In this document: one piece after another, positions 24,101 through 37,367 of the stretch
Numbering within the stretch: position 1 is the stretch's first letter
Layout: every line of letters begins with the position of its first letter
Source: Tubiluchus corallicola
Taxonomy: Eukaryota > Animalia > Priapulida
Assembly (NCBI GenBank): GCA_030141605.1
Contig: JAQGDQ010000185.1
Coordinates: 186,001-250,000 of the forward strand
Length of the DNA stretch: 64,000 nucleotides
Direction: 5' to 3'
Notes under the pieces: model-generated
Seen by the model: the letters and a program-made list of their open reading frames with translations, nothing else
The model's database searches: none
Told to the model about the DNA's origin: nothing
Position numbers and translations under genes: made by a program

Positions 24101-27100
24101 AGTCTGTGCATAAAATGGAAGAAGTCATATCACAGTTAGAAAGTGAACACGCTGGTCGACAGGCTGACATGGTTTGTATTTTCCTTCTTACAAATCATAG
24201 AATTTTGATTTAATGCATTGTCTATATTTTATTTTTGGTTTGTGTAGATGTGCCCAGGTAAAGAAAATCTAAAAAAAACAGCACTATCTGATATGGTAAA
24301 TTTGAAATTAATTTAAAAAGTGTAAAAAAGTGGTTACAAGCGTCAATAGGAAATTATGGCAGTTAAACAAGACTATGACGTGTCCAATGGTCGCCTAATC
24401 CATTTCTAATTTATAGCAAAATAATCAGTTTTTGCATTGATTTGCAAGAGAAAGATAATAAAATCTAAATTAGCAAAACTTACAATTTGATGACTAAAAT
24501 GGCTTCTTGGATGAGAAAAAAGGGCAATTTTGCCTTCATCAGAGTTATAAAATCTCAAGAGAGACAAGTTATGATCATACACATGTGAATATAAACAGGT
24601 AAATTAGGTCAAGTAAGTCAGGTGACTATATACCTAAAGTTGGATTCTGATATCTGATTAGCTGTTTTACAACAAATTTAAAAAGGTTAAACTAAAATGA
24701 CTTCAAAAACGTCCACTAGATCCCGCTAGCGACCCACAGCTTGTTTGTTTGTTAGCACTGTTAGTGATTATTGGTGCTTATTGAAGTTTGTTTTCTAAAA
24801 TTATGGAAGAATTACACTCATAATGCTGTTTACTATAGTTAGTAACTGACATTTGCAAGTTCAGTCTACCTTTATGTAGTTTGTTGCTCCAGAAAGAGGG
24901 CTCTTTAAGAAGAGCCTCGAACCAACAGAGTTGCGTCGACCTTGTCCGCTTGTGAATATGATTTCCCTTAATGAGATAAACAACCAATTTGCTGAATGCA
25001 ACAGCTCAGAACAAATATCGAACATGTCACCCACGTATCCATCTACTGACTTGCCTCAGGGTAGCTTAACTTCTTGTTCAATAAGCACTTACCATGACAA
25101 CTTGGCTATTTTCTTCATTCAATTTTTATATGTCTTAATATATCCTTACTATGCTATTGTACAATTCATATGTCTAGATTTGTGACATTTGGTTTGTAGG
25201 CAAAGAAATACCAGGAATCGCAGATGAAAGCTGCTGCTTGTAGCAAAGAGATTGACTTATTAAAATGTACGATTAAAAGCTTGAAGCAGCAAATACAGCA
25301 ACTACAAGAACTTCTGTCAACCAGAGAACAGAAACATAAGTAATAATGGCTTATAATTGTAAATTCTTGTAAAGGTTGTAACTGGGTTTTATATGGATTT
25401 GGATGGAAATTTGGGTTTGGGGTGATGAAATTGAATCATTTTATAGTAACCATTGCACTTTTAATTTATGCATGAGCTCAAATAAGTGTGAGCTTAATTT
25501 TACGATGCTTGAAAATCGTTTAACCACTTTGTAAGATGGTTAGTATGAACTGTAGAAAAGTAGTTATGGTTGGTTATTTGTCCAAATTTTAATCTTGATA
25601 AACAAATTTTTGTGCCCTGGAAAGATTGCTGTACATAGAGATGCAGATGGAGAATCTGTTTATGAAGATCAATTGTTTTCTTGACTCTGGTCAGGTAACT
25701 CAAACAAGTAATTTTTATTATGAATTTTTTGTTCAAAATATAATACACTAATATATAATTACACAAACACACACATATATGTTTGTGTGTGTAAGAATTC
25801 AAAGAATTGAATATACACCCATTCTCAAGCTCAGAATTTAACCTGACACTCTATTTTCAGGATGAATGAATAAGATTTCAAACAAAAATGAAATGCATGG
25901 TTTCACAGTTTTTATTGAAGTTACTTGTGCTTGACTAGTTGCAGAAAGTATTATATTCAGCAATTTGGTTTAAAAAGTGACTTATCTGAGTTGTATTACT
26001 GAGGCAAGCACGTTTTGTTATATTTACATGGTTTTATTTTTCTCAATAGGGAAGAAATGGAGGGAATGTACAAACCAAGCAGCTCGGAGATCCAGTCTCT
26101 CGTGGAGAAACAGCTTGAACAGTTCCGAGAGTTACAGCAACACAAAGACAAAGTAAATCAGGAAAAGTATGTCACATAATATTATCAATATTAAATACAA
26201 AGATCCAATTAATTCACTTTTACTGTTAGTTCATATCTGATCATATACTATTTGTTTCTACCTACATTTTACTCAACTTATTGCACTTCCTTTGCTCCTT
26301 CCCAGAAGTAAGAGTTCAAAGAATTGGAATGTAGTTACAATAAATGAAGGGAGGAAAACGAATATACGAGCTATCATAGTAACCAACATGCAAATGAATA
26401 TGAAAAGCAAACACATTGACATACATAAGGAAAATATATTTTGAATGACATTTAATACTTGACATACTTTTTACATTAAGTCTACCCATAAATATTCTAC
26501 CAATCAAAATTAAGTTCATTTTATAGGTTATTGGAAGAGCTCATCAGTTTTTATTGTTTCATTTATGTCGAATTTTTGCTCTTTAACTTCTTTGTTATGG
26601 TATGGATGGATGTCACAAACTAGTGCATCTGTTTGTGATGTATGCTTGTAAAAATATGTATAAATAAATTGTCACTAGTGTGCAATTTTTTGATAATTAG
26701 TTTTGAGCAATGTCAAACACATTTTAAGCAGCTGCAGTGAAACTAATTTGTCATAGTTGCTTGCTTGTAAAAAACTTTTTACAACTATACAATTTTTTAT
26801 GAATTACAGTTTTCTATTGGTATTTACGTTAGATACTTAAAAAGATTACAAATGAGCTTTAAATATAAGTGTTTACTACATGCTTTCGCTGAATTCCTGT
26901 CTGATTTTGCATGTTTGTACGATGTTCTAAAGTTTCTTTGTATTACAGAATTGAAAGCTTGCATAAAGAATATGCCAAACTAGAGGATGAATTCAAAAAT
27001 GCAGTACAGGTTGAGGTCAGGAGATATGACGAGGTATATGTCAAAATGAATGTTATTGTGTTTTTATATAGCCATAGTATGCATGTTTGCTTTGTCAGGT

Positions 27101-30100
27101 TATCACTGCCTCACTGTCCAAATAGCTGCTAGAAGATTTTTAATAATCAATGGATGAGACCAAAACTTGTTTATACCATGTTCAAGTTATTTAATTAAAA
27201 AATTGTTGCCTAACTGTTGTCTATGTGTGTGACCTTTTAATCTTTTTCATTACTTTTCAAGTTATAATGACAAAAAACATGAAAGTCATCATGTTTTCGT
27301 GACTACGTCTAAGTAATAGGATTCTTGCATTTCGTGCGAGTGACGTGGGTTCGACATTCGTCCCGCGCGGTATCATACGCAAACCTTGGCTGCTCACCTT
27401 GCCGAGAGAGGATGTAGGTACATCGGAATAAAATGACATGTCTGAGGCACTCCTTTGGGTTCAAAGGCTCATATTAGGGGATATCCTTGATAGTAAGTTA
27501 GGTTCCCAGTCATGATACATTAGGTTCTGCTTTTAAGTGCTTTTCAGTGTGCAGTGTTCTGACAAAGTATATAAAAAAATTAATTGGTTTTTGAGAATTT
27601 TCTGATTATATTATGGGAATTGAATAATATTTTGGCATATCTGATTTCTTGATTGCTGCTGTTTTTTATATTGCTTTCTAGATTAGTGCTATTTCTGTTT
27701 TTTGCTTCCTTGTTTTCTAGTAATTTCTTAGTTTGAGAATGACTATAAAGGCTGGAAATGCTTACTAAATGAGGAAATGTTGATTATAAAACTGTATTGT
27801 TTTTGTTTTGAATGGTGTTATCTCAATAATAATATTGTCCCTTTTTATTTGTTACCATGTTTAGCTGAAGGAAAATTTGAAGAAGGCAGTGGAAGAAGTA
27901 GATCATTACAAACATTTGTATACTGTTCAGTCTGCAAAAGAAGAACAGAGTGCTAAATTAATCATGGAGCTCACATCGGTATGTGATTTATTTTATGTGT
28001 GTATGTACAGTGATGTTTCCTGTTTGCCCTGTATGGTGTTTGCTGCACTAAGCATGGTATTTGCTAGCTTTCGAGAGACATTTCTTTTATAAATTAAATT
28101 TCTGTCTTCAAAATGTCCACAGTGGACATTGACATTTCATTTGATGATGCTTTGTAGTAGTAGTAGTAGTGGCGGTAGTGGTAGTGGTAGTAGTAATAAT
28201 AGTGGTAATGATAGTTGTAATAGTAGCGGTGGTAGTGGTAGTGGTAGTGGTAGTGGCAGTAGTAGTGGTAGTAATGAAGGTGGTAGTGGTGACGGCAGTA
28301 GCAGTAGAAATAATAGTGGCAGCAGTAGTAATAGTAGTAACAGGAGTAATAGTAGTAGTAGAAGCAGTAGTAGTAGTAGCAGCAGCAGCAGCAGTAGCAG
28401 TGGCAGTAGCAGTAGTAGTAGTATTAGTATTAGTATTAGTATTAGTAGTAGTTGTAGCAGCAGTTGCAGTGGTAGTAGCAGTAGTAGTAGTAGTACCAGT
28501 ACCAGTACCAGTACCAGTACCAGTACCAGTAGCAGTAGTAGTAGTCATCGTCGCAGCAGTCGCTGCCACCGCAACTTTTTGCAGAAGCAGCAGTAACAAT
28601 ATCATAGTTACAGAAAACTGGACAACAGTAAATAAAAATGATGTTGATAGCAAATAAAGTACAGTATGTTAGACCATAATAATAAAAGCTAGCACTACTG
28701 AATATATAGAATAGTTATTAAAAGTAGCTTCTATGAATTTTCCACAAAGTTCAGGCTCTAGTATAAGTAGCTCTTGCACACTATTTAAATGCAAACTACA
28801 CAAATTTCTGATTGGCTCAGATAGTCTATAATGTACAATAACATGCAACTTGTACTGAAACATTATCACACCTGAACACTCTAGGGATGGGTGCTTGCCC
28901 TACCTGTCTTAAACATTGTTATTATGATTTGGATTAATTTTTATAACAGTACACTGATGGTCTTCAGTTGAAACCTTCAGAAAAAACCCCGAATTTAAAC
29001 TTAATTACTGTCAAAACCATGAGTTTCAAACATTTTACACAATTAGGCTCATCATTTGTTATGACGATCGCAAGTGCTGATAAAGGCTTTTTGATAGTAA
29101 AGCAAATATTGCGCTTTGAACTATTACTTGTCTTTATAAACAGGTTAATTTATCTAATAATAATTATATTAAAGATAATTTTAATCAAATATATTAACCC
29201 TAGATATTATAATACATTCTTGCCATGTTGTTTATTTTTGTTTTTTAGGTGGTAAAAGATCAGAAAACGAGGATTACAGATCAGTTTTGCTGTCAGGATA
29301 AAGCAAATAGTCATTATCAGGTGAATTTTTGCTAATATTTGCTTGGGTGTCTAATTAGCCGATGAACGTGATGTTTTTCTTTATGGAATTTTATGATATT
29401 TTTAAAATTTGTTAACTGCCAAATTCTGCATCTCTGGAAAGTCATAGCTAACTTCTTTTGATTGCCACCAAACAAGATTGCAAAGTGTTAGTATTGGACT
29501 GCTATTCAAACATTAGTAACTGCGCTCTTGATGATTGTTACTTTCATATAAAATTTGCTCCATATGTAAAAACATTCCTTTCTGCATTACTTTTTCTTTT
29601 AATAAAAAGCACCTAACAGAAAACTGTTAGGTGCTTCTTGTCAAAAATATATCAGAGGTTTTTTGTCAAAAGTATGATGATAATTGTTGGTTTTTACAGG
29701 ACACTATTTGCAATTTAGAAGTTAAACTAGAGAAAATGGTGGAAGTTCAGCACAGAGCACAAGATCTAAGTGAGGTTTGTTTTCTTGTACTGTGAAAATT
29801 TGAACAAAGTATGAAAGATTTAGTACCGAATGGATCTACATTGTTGTTTCAATGTAACAAGATCATACAAATTACCATGTGACGGAATTGCATAACACAA
29901 AAAAACGTTTAGCTTAGGTGAACACAGTTAAAGCTTTGACCATCGTGATTTAAAACCTTTAGCTGTTCTGTTTTTACTTCAGCCTGTTAGTTTGTTGACT
30001 AGATTTTTAACACATGATGTAAGGATACAAGTTTTGATATGGTAATCTTCCTGTGCAAGACAGGTGATTGTCTATGATTGTTTCCTATGAGAGGCAATGA

Positions 30101-33100
30101 AATGTTTTATAGGTATGCTAGCTCGTGCATCCTTCTCATTGCCATATGTGACTGTGGCTGTTTTTTGTGAATACAGAGACTGTTAAGCCCAAAATGATGA
30201 AGTTGTGAAGTCAGTAATCATGGATTAGTTAATCACTTTGATTTTTAATATTTTCTTCTTCTGACTAAATTACCAAAACACATACCAGATGTTCATCATT
30301 TTATATGTTACACGTGCCAATTTAATCATACACAATTTCATGTTTGATTTGCCTACTGAGAAGGTTCTTTCGAAATGTTTAGCAAGAACCTTTTTAGTCC
30401 AGCTGTTCAGTGATAAGAATCGCTTTCCTCCAGATGTGACCAACAACAATAGTATGAAGGAGTTCAAGTTGTCTTTAAACCAATCCGTACTTGAGACACT
30501 TCGTTTTTATGCAAGTTTTCACCAGTTGTGAAGTTGCATCAAATTTAGTTCTCTTGCAGGAAAATTTGAAACTCCAAAGTCAGCTGGCTGCCCGGGATTC
30601 TTATGTAGACAGTTTAAAGGCTGAAAAGGATCTGTGGACTCGAGAATTGGTACAACAGGGTAAATTTGCCTCTCATCTAGGACATTTTCTTTGCATTTTA
30701 TTGTTGTGTTAAACATAGCAAATACTGACTGTCGTTACACTGGTCTCTGACTTCCTACCCCAAAGGAAGAGTTAGTATAGCACATACTAATTTACAATTA
30801 CTCGGTCATAGTATAAATGGCTAACAAGAGGAATAGCTTGTAAGTCCTGTTAATGTTTTGACTTTCTGTACATTGGGTTTTAATAAGGTAGTGCAAACAG
30901 CTACTATTCAGGACGTAAGTGACTATTTCAAAATTTATGGATGTTTAAATGTAGTAGTTTTGCTGTCAGTTTAATATATTGTTTACAGGTGGAGAAAAAC
31001 AAGCAGCACTTTTATCTAACTATGGCATCAGATCATAAAATGACTGAAGTAAGTCAAAAGTAGTGCTGTAGTTGGTATCGAATTAAGTAGTTATAGTCAA
31101 AGGTTTTTTGCTTCCATTCATAATCCTTCAATGCCAATTATGTGGTATACACAGTTGCACATGAGTGTGGTTCATTCTAGTATATGGTCATCTATCTGGT
31201 TTATGCAGTACTTTCATTCGTATAATTTTGTTTCTAGCTTGTCTAGTTTATCTGCATTATAATTTTGTAGACGGTGATTGCTATTTTAAACAGCTTTCTA
31301 CATCAAGCCAGGCAAAAAAATTGTTTCTGTTTTACCTTATAGCTCAAAAGATGTCAGTATGGAGGATTTTTCAAAAAAAATTTTGAAGCTTTAATTTGTG
31401 AATGTTTAATTGTGAATCGTGGAATATTTAAAATCAATTGAAATCAGTTCATTTATTTCCCACTGGTTAGCAGTAATGTTTTAAATTTTTTAATGCACAT
31501 TTTTTCACGCTTTGATTTTTAGTTTTTTGTTTTGCATTAATTGTCAATTACCATATAGTACAGTATGTTCTAATAGTTATTTTATAGGCGGCAACACTCG
31601 ACCGTTAATATGCTAATTTGGTGGAAAATATGATACTTTTAGGCTACAAATTCTACAATACGATAATCAGTATCATACAAGACCCTATTTCAAGAGCTAG
31701 CCACTTAAAAATGTGGCTGCTTCCTTGCCAAAACAACGTTATAATAATTATTGTGTTCTATGTTTTAAATTAAAAAAATACGCCTTTAGTGTGTGAACGT
31801 ACAAAAAGTTTATAAAATTCCCTGTCAGGTGTATGATAAAACAATATAACCCGGGCTGTTAAATGGAAACATGTACTTTTATTGTCGGCCTCATCAGGTC
31901 TAATTTGAATTTCTGTGGTACTGAAATTGCAAGCATGTGGTGCCATCTATTGAGAAAAATGAGACTGCCATTATTATGATTTTAAGACGTTTTTTGTATG
32001 CTAGCTACAATAACCATAATGAAATAAGTATTGTATCAATGCCATACCCGATTGTACTAACCTGTCATGTATAATGATGATTCTGTTTGTTTAGGTGCCA
32101 GTCTTGCCCGTGATCGTGCTACATTGGAGCTGAACATACAGGGTTTAACTGATGAAGTCACAGCGCTAAGTGCTAAACTTAGTGAGCAGAAGGATGCAGT
32201 GAAAATAAAATCAAAGATCGTAGATGATCAGAATGAAACAATTAGGGACTTGAAAAAAGTATGTAAATCAATTTCAGCTAGAATAGAAGTTTCCATATAA
32301 TCCTCCTGATTTAAGTCCTTCAGGACCCGCACCATTCAAAGTAAGTCTTATAAGACTCCTATGACTTTTCTGCTACTGCATAAACACAGACATAACTAAA
32401 TGATTACAAATTAGGCACTGTTCTTTTCAGGAGGATCTTGGTTATCCAATATTTAACTTATTTGTTTAAGCATTTATAAGTGACTTAATTGGATAAAATT
32501 AAGAAAAATGCTCTTTTCAAGCACACCAACTTAGCTTATTGAGTAGCTTAGTCTGGTGTACACTTGCATGATGGTACACACTATTTCATTAATTGCCTAC
32601 TTGCTACAGCCCAAGAGATGGCGCCTGGTGTGCAGAGTTCCAGGCAAAACCAACCGATTAGCCAAGGATAAATCAAAGTCATCTTGTCTTTTAACAGAAA
32701 TTTCTCCTTAAAAATAGTGTAGACTTGAGGCCAAAGTGTATCAGAGTATCGTGTGGATAATTGAAATTGAATTTAATTTTGTGTGAAAGCCCATTTTATG
32801 AGGAGTAGAAACCTACAAAATTTTCAAACATAACGTAATCGTTGTTTAGTGAGAGTAGTTTACATGAACCCATGTAAAATGCAGCGAACTCTTATGGTCC
32901 TGAAAGAGTTAATAAGTTTGGCATCCCTTATCACTGATACTAATAAAAAAGTTTATAGATGGATTCATGGCTGTGTTTATGTTCTTTTAAACAAATACTA
33001 AAGAATTTTGTTTGGTCCTTTATTGGCTTCTTCAGTGTCAGTGTACCATATGCAACACTCCTCAAAATGTGAAATCGCTGAATAACTGCCTCTGACTGCA

Positions 33101-35555
33101 ACTTTCCTAATTGTCCTTTGATTATCATGTTTCTTATGTGGTATACAAATATAGCATAACAAGGAGGCAAATGGCATTCTCTCATTGATGCCAGAGCAAA
33201 AGATGGAAATTAAGTTCTCTCTGGAAGTCATTCTTTACAGCACAAGTTAACACATAGAGACGAAATAAGGGTTGCTTTGTACCAGCCACATCCCGGATAA
33301 GACTTCTTTTCTAGGGAATGATGTTACAGATGCTCATGCCTTACTGCAACAAGGGATTTAGTACAAACTGTTCACTATGAACAGCTTAACGTGAATTCAG
33401 TACACATAATCAGTCCTTCATTTGTTTGCGACTGGAATTGTATGCTGTGTCTAGAACTGTGAATTGATGTTTACTCTCATTTTATATTTACATGTTTTTC
33501 TCATTCTCACATTTTATTACAGTTGTTATGAAAATATACATGTGTCTTTTTCATACTAATTAGAAAATTAGTGAGAAAGATGAGTTGATACAAACATATC
33601 AAACAAACGATGGAGAGAAAGCAAAAGAACTTGAACATCAACTTGCTGAACAAGTACATAGGAATCAACAACTGCAGGTAGATATTTTTTCCTTCAGAAA
33701 AGAATTACAAATAGTCTTCTTGATGTAGGTTCTTGTTGCTGTTTTCATAAAATGGAAAATTGTTTGGGTTACATTGTTCTAACGCAGTTTATCTTCTTTT
33801 ACTACTTTTTATCGTATGGTATCATATATGAATAGTAGTTTTAGATTTGGCAAAAAAGTTTTGGAATTTAGGTTATTCAAAAAACATTTTTAAATCTGTA
33901 AGCTTAATTTGCATATCAGTATGGCGACCTAGCTTGATTTCCCATTCACCTAATTAAGCCAATACTAATTATGATTATTCCGTATGTGAATGTGCATTTT
34001 ATTACAAATCAACTGCATCAATGAATTTTCGTTATGCTAACGTTTCATAATGCTTCATTTTAGGATGAATGCAATCAGCTGCTGGAAAGAAAAGCAGAAC
34101 TGAAGCAGCAAGTGCAGGATTCACAAACTGAACTTGAGGAATTCAAGAAATCACTAACGTATGAAATTGTTGCAATTTGATGCTGCCTAATTACGCTATT
34201 CTTTTTCTGTTATTGAATTTGTGAGGGTAAAACTAACCACAATATGCATATGCATGTGCTTAAAGCTAGTCAGAATTTCTCTATGCTTCTACCTACAACT
34301 AGTCAGATTATGCCTGTGGTCAGATTGTACCTGTGCTTGTACCTAAAACTAGTCAGAATATACTTGTGCTTGTACATAAAACTAGGCATAATATACCACA
34401 GAACACCATGTGTGTGTGTGTGTGTGTAGTTCTTAAGGTGCACAGTAGATTGCTTTTGTTTGGATGAATTAATAGATGTGTGTGAAATGGGCGGGCGATA
34501 TGGGTGGGCCTTATAACAAAAAAAATACAAAACATGCTTCTTTTGAAACGTGGTATGTTTTTAGTGCATCTCCCTTTTTAGGTGCTGATGTCTTTTAACT
34601 TTGCAAAACCCATTTTTCCGTCTAATTTTCCCATAGTTACCAAATGCTCTCATCAAAAACATTAAGTTTTTTTTATTGAACTTGTCATTAAACGTTTGCC
34701 TAAAAACTGCTTTATGTCTTTATTTGAAACTAATTCCATATTATTGATCCTGTTCCATTGATCTCTTGTTTTTATATGACTGTTTAGCGGTCATTATTTC
34801 ATCGCTTGCACGTTGCCTTGGTATAATCAATCTTTCATTAGATCTTTGTAACCTGGATGTACACTCTTTCCAAAAGAAACTTTAAGTAAGAAATTAAAGG
34901 TAAAGAAAAAGTTGTTGTGGTAACATTAATGGTGGTGACATTAGTAGTATTTGACTTAGACATTACAGGGTTTTTTCAGGTCATTGACTGCACGTTGGAG
35001 TGAAAAAAGTGAGACGATGAAGAAGCTGGAATCGCAAGTGGTAGAAATGAAGACAAACTGGAAAACAAAAGAAAAAAATCTCATCCAGGAAAGAGATAAA
35101 GCTATCAAAGCTGCAGAGTGAGAGCTTTTTTGCAATGTCATTTTTCAAATCAATTTGCTTATTTATTTGTTTGCTGTTTATGCTGTTTGTGCACAGCTAA
35201 ATGACTGCATGGATTTTATAAAATTTTGCATGAGTCAACTTGGGCGGTTGGAACAGACATAAATGGGTCCGTTTCAGTCACCGACAGTCTAGCTGAGACA
35301 TGATCAATTTTTCGATACTCGGTTATTGTTTGAATAAGGAACATTTTTTTCAGGAGCGTGACGTCAACAGTGGCAACGGTACTGCATTCTAATTGGACGC
35401 AGATGCCCTTAGTGATAGAAGCTGAAATAGTTTGATAGTATAAATTGCACAGGACAAAGATGAATGACTAAGATGGTGGGACGGACTGAGAGAGGGAGTG
35501 AGGGTGGATGGGCGGTTGGGACGAGAAAGAATGAGACAGATGGAGAGAGAGAGAC

Positions 35556-35597
<42 letters not shown>

Positions 35598-35604
35598 AGG
35601 GAGG

Positions 35605-35685
<81 letters not shown>

Positions 35686-37367
35686 TGTTTAAAGAGAGAG
35701 TTGATACAAATTTCAGTGAAGTAACATATGCCAATAAGACACTATGGGGTATATGTAGAACTTTTCATACGTGTTCACCTCAGCATGAAATTTGCTATTT
35801 GAACATTTCAGTTTTCTTCATGATCTTTTCTCTTTTCTCTTTTCTCTTGCAGGTTGGCTATTGAAAAACTGAGGGCAGCTGATTTAAAGTTCCAAGAACA
35901 ATGTCATGCTCTCGACAGAAATTATTTTGATGAGATAGCTCTAGTGAGGAAAGATGCAGAACGAAAAATACAAGAAGCTAAACTGAAGGTGCCATTCATA
36001 TGAGTGGCTTGATATGCTATAGAGAATTACACATGTTATTGTCCCAAAGTAGCATATTATAATATTATTATAATAGTGGAAGTATGTTTGTTTGTTATTT
36101 GATCATTGTAGCTGCCAAACAGATGAGTGAAAGTGGCTGAAATTTGGCGTGGCGATAGCAAATTGGCATGCTAAACTACCCAAACATACTGCAGTTAAAT
36201 GTGCCCTTTTTAGAAAATAAGGAAGAAATTGTTCATTTTAAAGTTTCTGAGATGTTCAGGCCCAACTAATGTTGATCTAGTTAAAGCATATATTAAATAC
36301 ATTCGTCTTATTTTAGAAAGCACAGCTGCCATCTGGAATTTTAATATCGCCGTTTCACAATCTAAAGAAATTGTAAAATTTCAGGAGAAGATATACAACA
36401 TAATACTGCATAATAGTTATAGAATACATCAAAATGTACTCGCTGATTTAAAACTGACATTACTGGAAGAACAGTAAGCTAAACTGTATTTAAAATTTGG
36501 AAACAAATTAAAAAATTCAAGACATAGTAATTTAATTCCAGCAACAAGGGAACAAGCAGGTTTAAGATTGAACAGAAACAAAGAAAAATATTTTGAACGA
36601 AAATATAGAACAGATAGATATTATATGTTGCATTTGCAATTTTTAATTAGATTATAGGGCGATGGTAAACATTACTGAAAATCAAATGAAATATTTTGAA
36701 AAAATGTAGTTAGAATTTTTTTAAGATTGATTTATGTAACTCACGTTTGCTCTTGATGTATGTCATGATGATATTTTTGTCATACATATATTTTTATGTA
36801 AGCGCCATGGAAAATTAATATAGCTTGGTAAAAAATTGTGGCCTTTTAAATATTCTAAATTATTTTTTACCATTTGCATACACACCATAATTCAGTTTTT
36901 AACTGTAATGTGTTGTTTTAATAAACTTACTCATGCAATGAATGCAAAATTATGCAATTTCAAGCAGTTTTATTTGAAAATTCTGATTGTTTTCAACAAC
37001 TCATTGGATTATCTATCTTCAGACTGACCAACTGTTGTGATCAAATTAACTGGCTTATGGCTATTAAATTGTGATTATCCAGAATTAATAAACTTAACGG
37101 TTAGGTTAATTGGTGATTATACATCCACTAGGTTTACTAATTCTGGCTTATGACAGTCCAATTTTTAAAAATTTATCTATAAAGAGCTTTTTCATATGGG
37201 TTGTAACTTATCAGCAGCTATTATTTTTTTAATTGCAGGTGATGCAGCTAGAAAAAGAAAAGCGAAGTATTTTAGAAGAAGCTGAAGCACACAAGAAACA
37301 GCTTGAAGTAAAACTGAAAAATTTCAGTTCTGCCTTCACTGCTCTCCAGAATGGCTTGTCATCGTGA
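18066..37367 (+). CDS. LRRCC1: Leucine-rich repeat and coiled-coil domain-containing protein 1 (CLERC), centriolar/centrosomal; 22 coding exons, about 1,035 aa
   Basis: All exons join in phase, 3,108 nt including TGA. N-terminal LRRs (LQSLNMHCNQLTEI, LTHLDLSANQI, LNLACNLIEVVEGL, LNLSYNKV, NPVCEIPEYRQKLLLSLPQLTSLD) and coiled-coil motifs (EREKRWKAE, LEDEFKNAVQVEVRRY, WTRELVQQGASLARDR, KIKSKIVDDQNETIRDLK) match human LRRCC1 as I recall it, collinearly. Confidence 0.93.
18485..18632 (+). CDS. LRRCC1: LRRCC1 coding exon 2
   Basis: AG/GT, phase 1 to 2; LRRs. Confidence 0.9.
19297..19514 (+). CDS. LRRCC1: LRRCC1 coding exon 3
   Basis: AG/GT, phase 2 to 1; LRRs. Confidence 0.9.
19879..19986 (+). 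CDS. LRRCC1: LRRCC1 coding exon 4
   Basis: LRR cap YRQKLLLSLPQLTSLD; phase 1 to 1. Confidence 0.88.
20500..20606 (+). CDS. LRRCC1: LRRCC1 coding exon 5
   Basis: CAAG acceptor, GTAAGT donor; phase 1 to 0 bridges exons 4 and 6; poorly conserved linker. Confidence 0.75.
20705..20860. mobile_element. 156-bp MITE with 8-bp TSD and an internal degenerate (CCCTAA)n tract
   Basis: TIRs: left GGGAGGAGTTTACAATTCCCCACACA; right, reverse-complemented, GGCTAAAGTTTACTATTCCCCACACA. Perfect TSD AAATAACT at 20697-20704 and 20861-20868. Confidence 0.8.
21691..22266 (+). CDS. LRRCC1: LRRCC1 coding exon 6
   Basis: 576-nt open exon; EERIAKLESQL plus Ser/Thr-rich linker. Confidence 0.85.
23057..23159 (+). CDS. 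LRRCC1: LRRCC1 coding exon 7
   Basis: ELEREKRWKAEE; phase 0 to 1. Confidence 0.9.
23496..23614 (+). CDS. LRRCC1: LRRCC1 coding exon 8
   Basis: ATSRLKEAINRER; phase 1 to 0. Confidence 0.88.
24037..24171 (+). CDS. LRRCC1: LRRCC1 coding exon 9
   Basis: Coiled coil; phase 0 to 0. Confidence 0.85.
25200..25339 (+). CDS. LRRCC1: LRRCC1 coding exon 10
   Basis: KAAACSKEIDLLK..QQLQELLSTREQKH; phase 0 to 2. Confidence 0.88.
26050..26166 (+). CDS. LRRCC1: LRRCC1 coding exon 11
   Basis: Open, phase 2 to 2. Confidence 0.85.
26949..27033 (+). CDS. LRRCC1: LRRCC1 coding exon 12
   Basis: YAKLEDEFKNAVQVEVRRY; phase 2 to 0. Confidence 0.9.
27298..27520 (+). mobile_element. tRNA-derived SINE-like insertion
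   Basis: GC-richer patch in an AT-rich intron with B-box-like GGGTTCGAC (about 27347-27356) preceded by a tRNA-sized leader; the cloverleaf is not intact; boundaries approximate. Confidence 0.45.
27865..27978 (+). CDS. LRRCC1: LRRCC1 coding exon 13
   Basis: KEEQSAKLIMELTS; phase 0 to 0. Confidence 0.88.
28154..28595. repeat. Compound (AGT/GGT/AGC/AGTACC)n microsatellite in LRRCC1 intron 13
   Basis: Directly visible 3- and 6-bp periodicity. Confidence 0.95.
29249..29320 (+). CDS. LRRCC1: LRRCC1 coding exon 14
   Basis: VVKDQKTRI; phase 0 to 0. Confidence 0.85.
29700..29774 (+). CDS. LRRCC1: LRRCC1 coding exon 15
   Basis: DTICNLEVKLE; phase 0 to 0. Confidence 0.82.
30560..30659 (+). CDS. LRRCC1: LRRCC1 coding exon 16
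   Basis: SQLAARDSYVDSLKAEKDLWTRELVQQG. Confidence 0.9.
32095..32258 (+). CDS. LRRCC1: LRRCC1 coding exon 17
   Basis: ASLARDRATLE..KIKSKIVDDQNETIRDLKK. Confidence 0.9.
32315..32908. mobile_element. piggyBac-like MITE
   Basis: TTAA on both sides (32311-32314, 32909-32912); TIRs GTCCTTCAGGACC / reverse-complemented CTCTTTCAGGACC. Confidence 0.6.
33564..33677 (+). CDS. LRRCC1: LRRCC1 coding exon 18
   Basis: KISEKDELIQ; phase 0 to 0. Confidence 0.85.
34064..34158 (+). CDS. LRRCC1: LRRCC1 coding exon 19
   Basis: ERKAELKQQV..ELEEFKKS; phase 0 to 2. Confidence 0.88.
34264..34390. repeat. Short degenerate tandem repeat of about 33-bp units
   Basis: Recurring CTAGTCAGA(A/T)T and TGTGCTTGTAC(C/A)TAAAACTAG blocks. 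Confidence 0.7.
34980..35117 (+). CDS. LRRCC1: LRRCC1 coding exon 20
   Basis: RWSEKSETMKKLESQV..KEKNLIQERDKAI; phase 2 to 2. Confidence 0.9.
35543..35683. repeat. (GA)n microsatellite
   Basis: Directly visible. Confidence 0.97.
35853..35988 (+). CDS. LRRCC1: LRRCC1 coding exon 21
   Basis: AIEKLRAADLKF; phase 2 to 0. Confidence 0.88.
36229..36660 (+). pseudogene. Decayed 3' fragment of a non-LTR retrotransposon (CR1/L2-group) ORF2, in the last LRRCC1 intron
   Basis: LFILKFLRCSG...LVKAYIKYIRLILESTAAIW...IVKFQEKIYNIIL...LKLTLLEEQ* resembles the post-RT 'LY.L..L...G....L...Y...IRP.LEY...W' region; continues past a stop to RTDRY. Confidence 0.7.
37239..37367 (+). CDS. LRRCC1: LRRCC1 terminal coding exon 22
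   Basis: VMQLEKEKRSILEE...LQNGLSS, TGA at 37365-37367. Confidence 0.9.
   Translation: MMQLEKEKRSILEEAEAHKKQLEVKLKNFSSAFTALQNGLSS

Noticed and set aside
1082-27370. tRNA genes at about 1085, 12540, 12725, 21470 and 27300
   Set aside because: A/B boxes present but stems do not pair into cloverleaves; treated as SINE-like heads.
28108-28657. Thr-, Ser/Gly- and Val-rich ORFs resembling mucin or antifreeze proteins
   Set aside because: Intronic trinucleotide microsatellite; LRRCC1 exons 13 and 14 join in phase without it.
35464-35724. RE-repeat ORFs
   Set aside because: (GA)n microsatellite.
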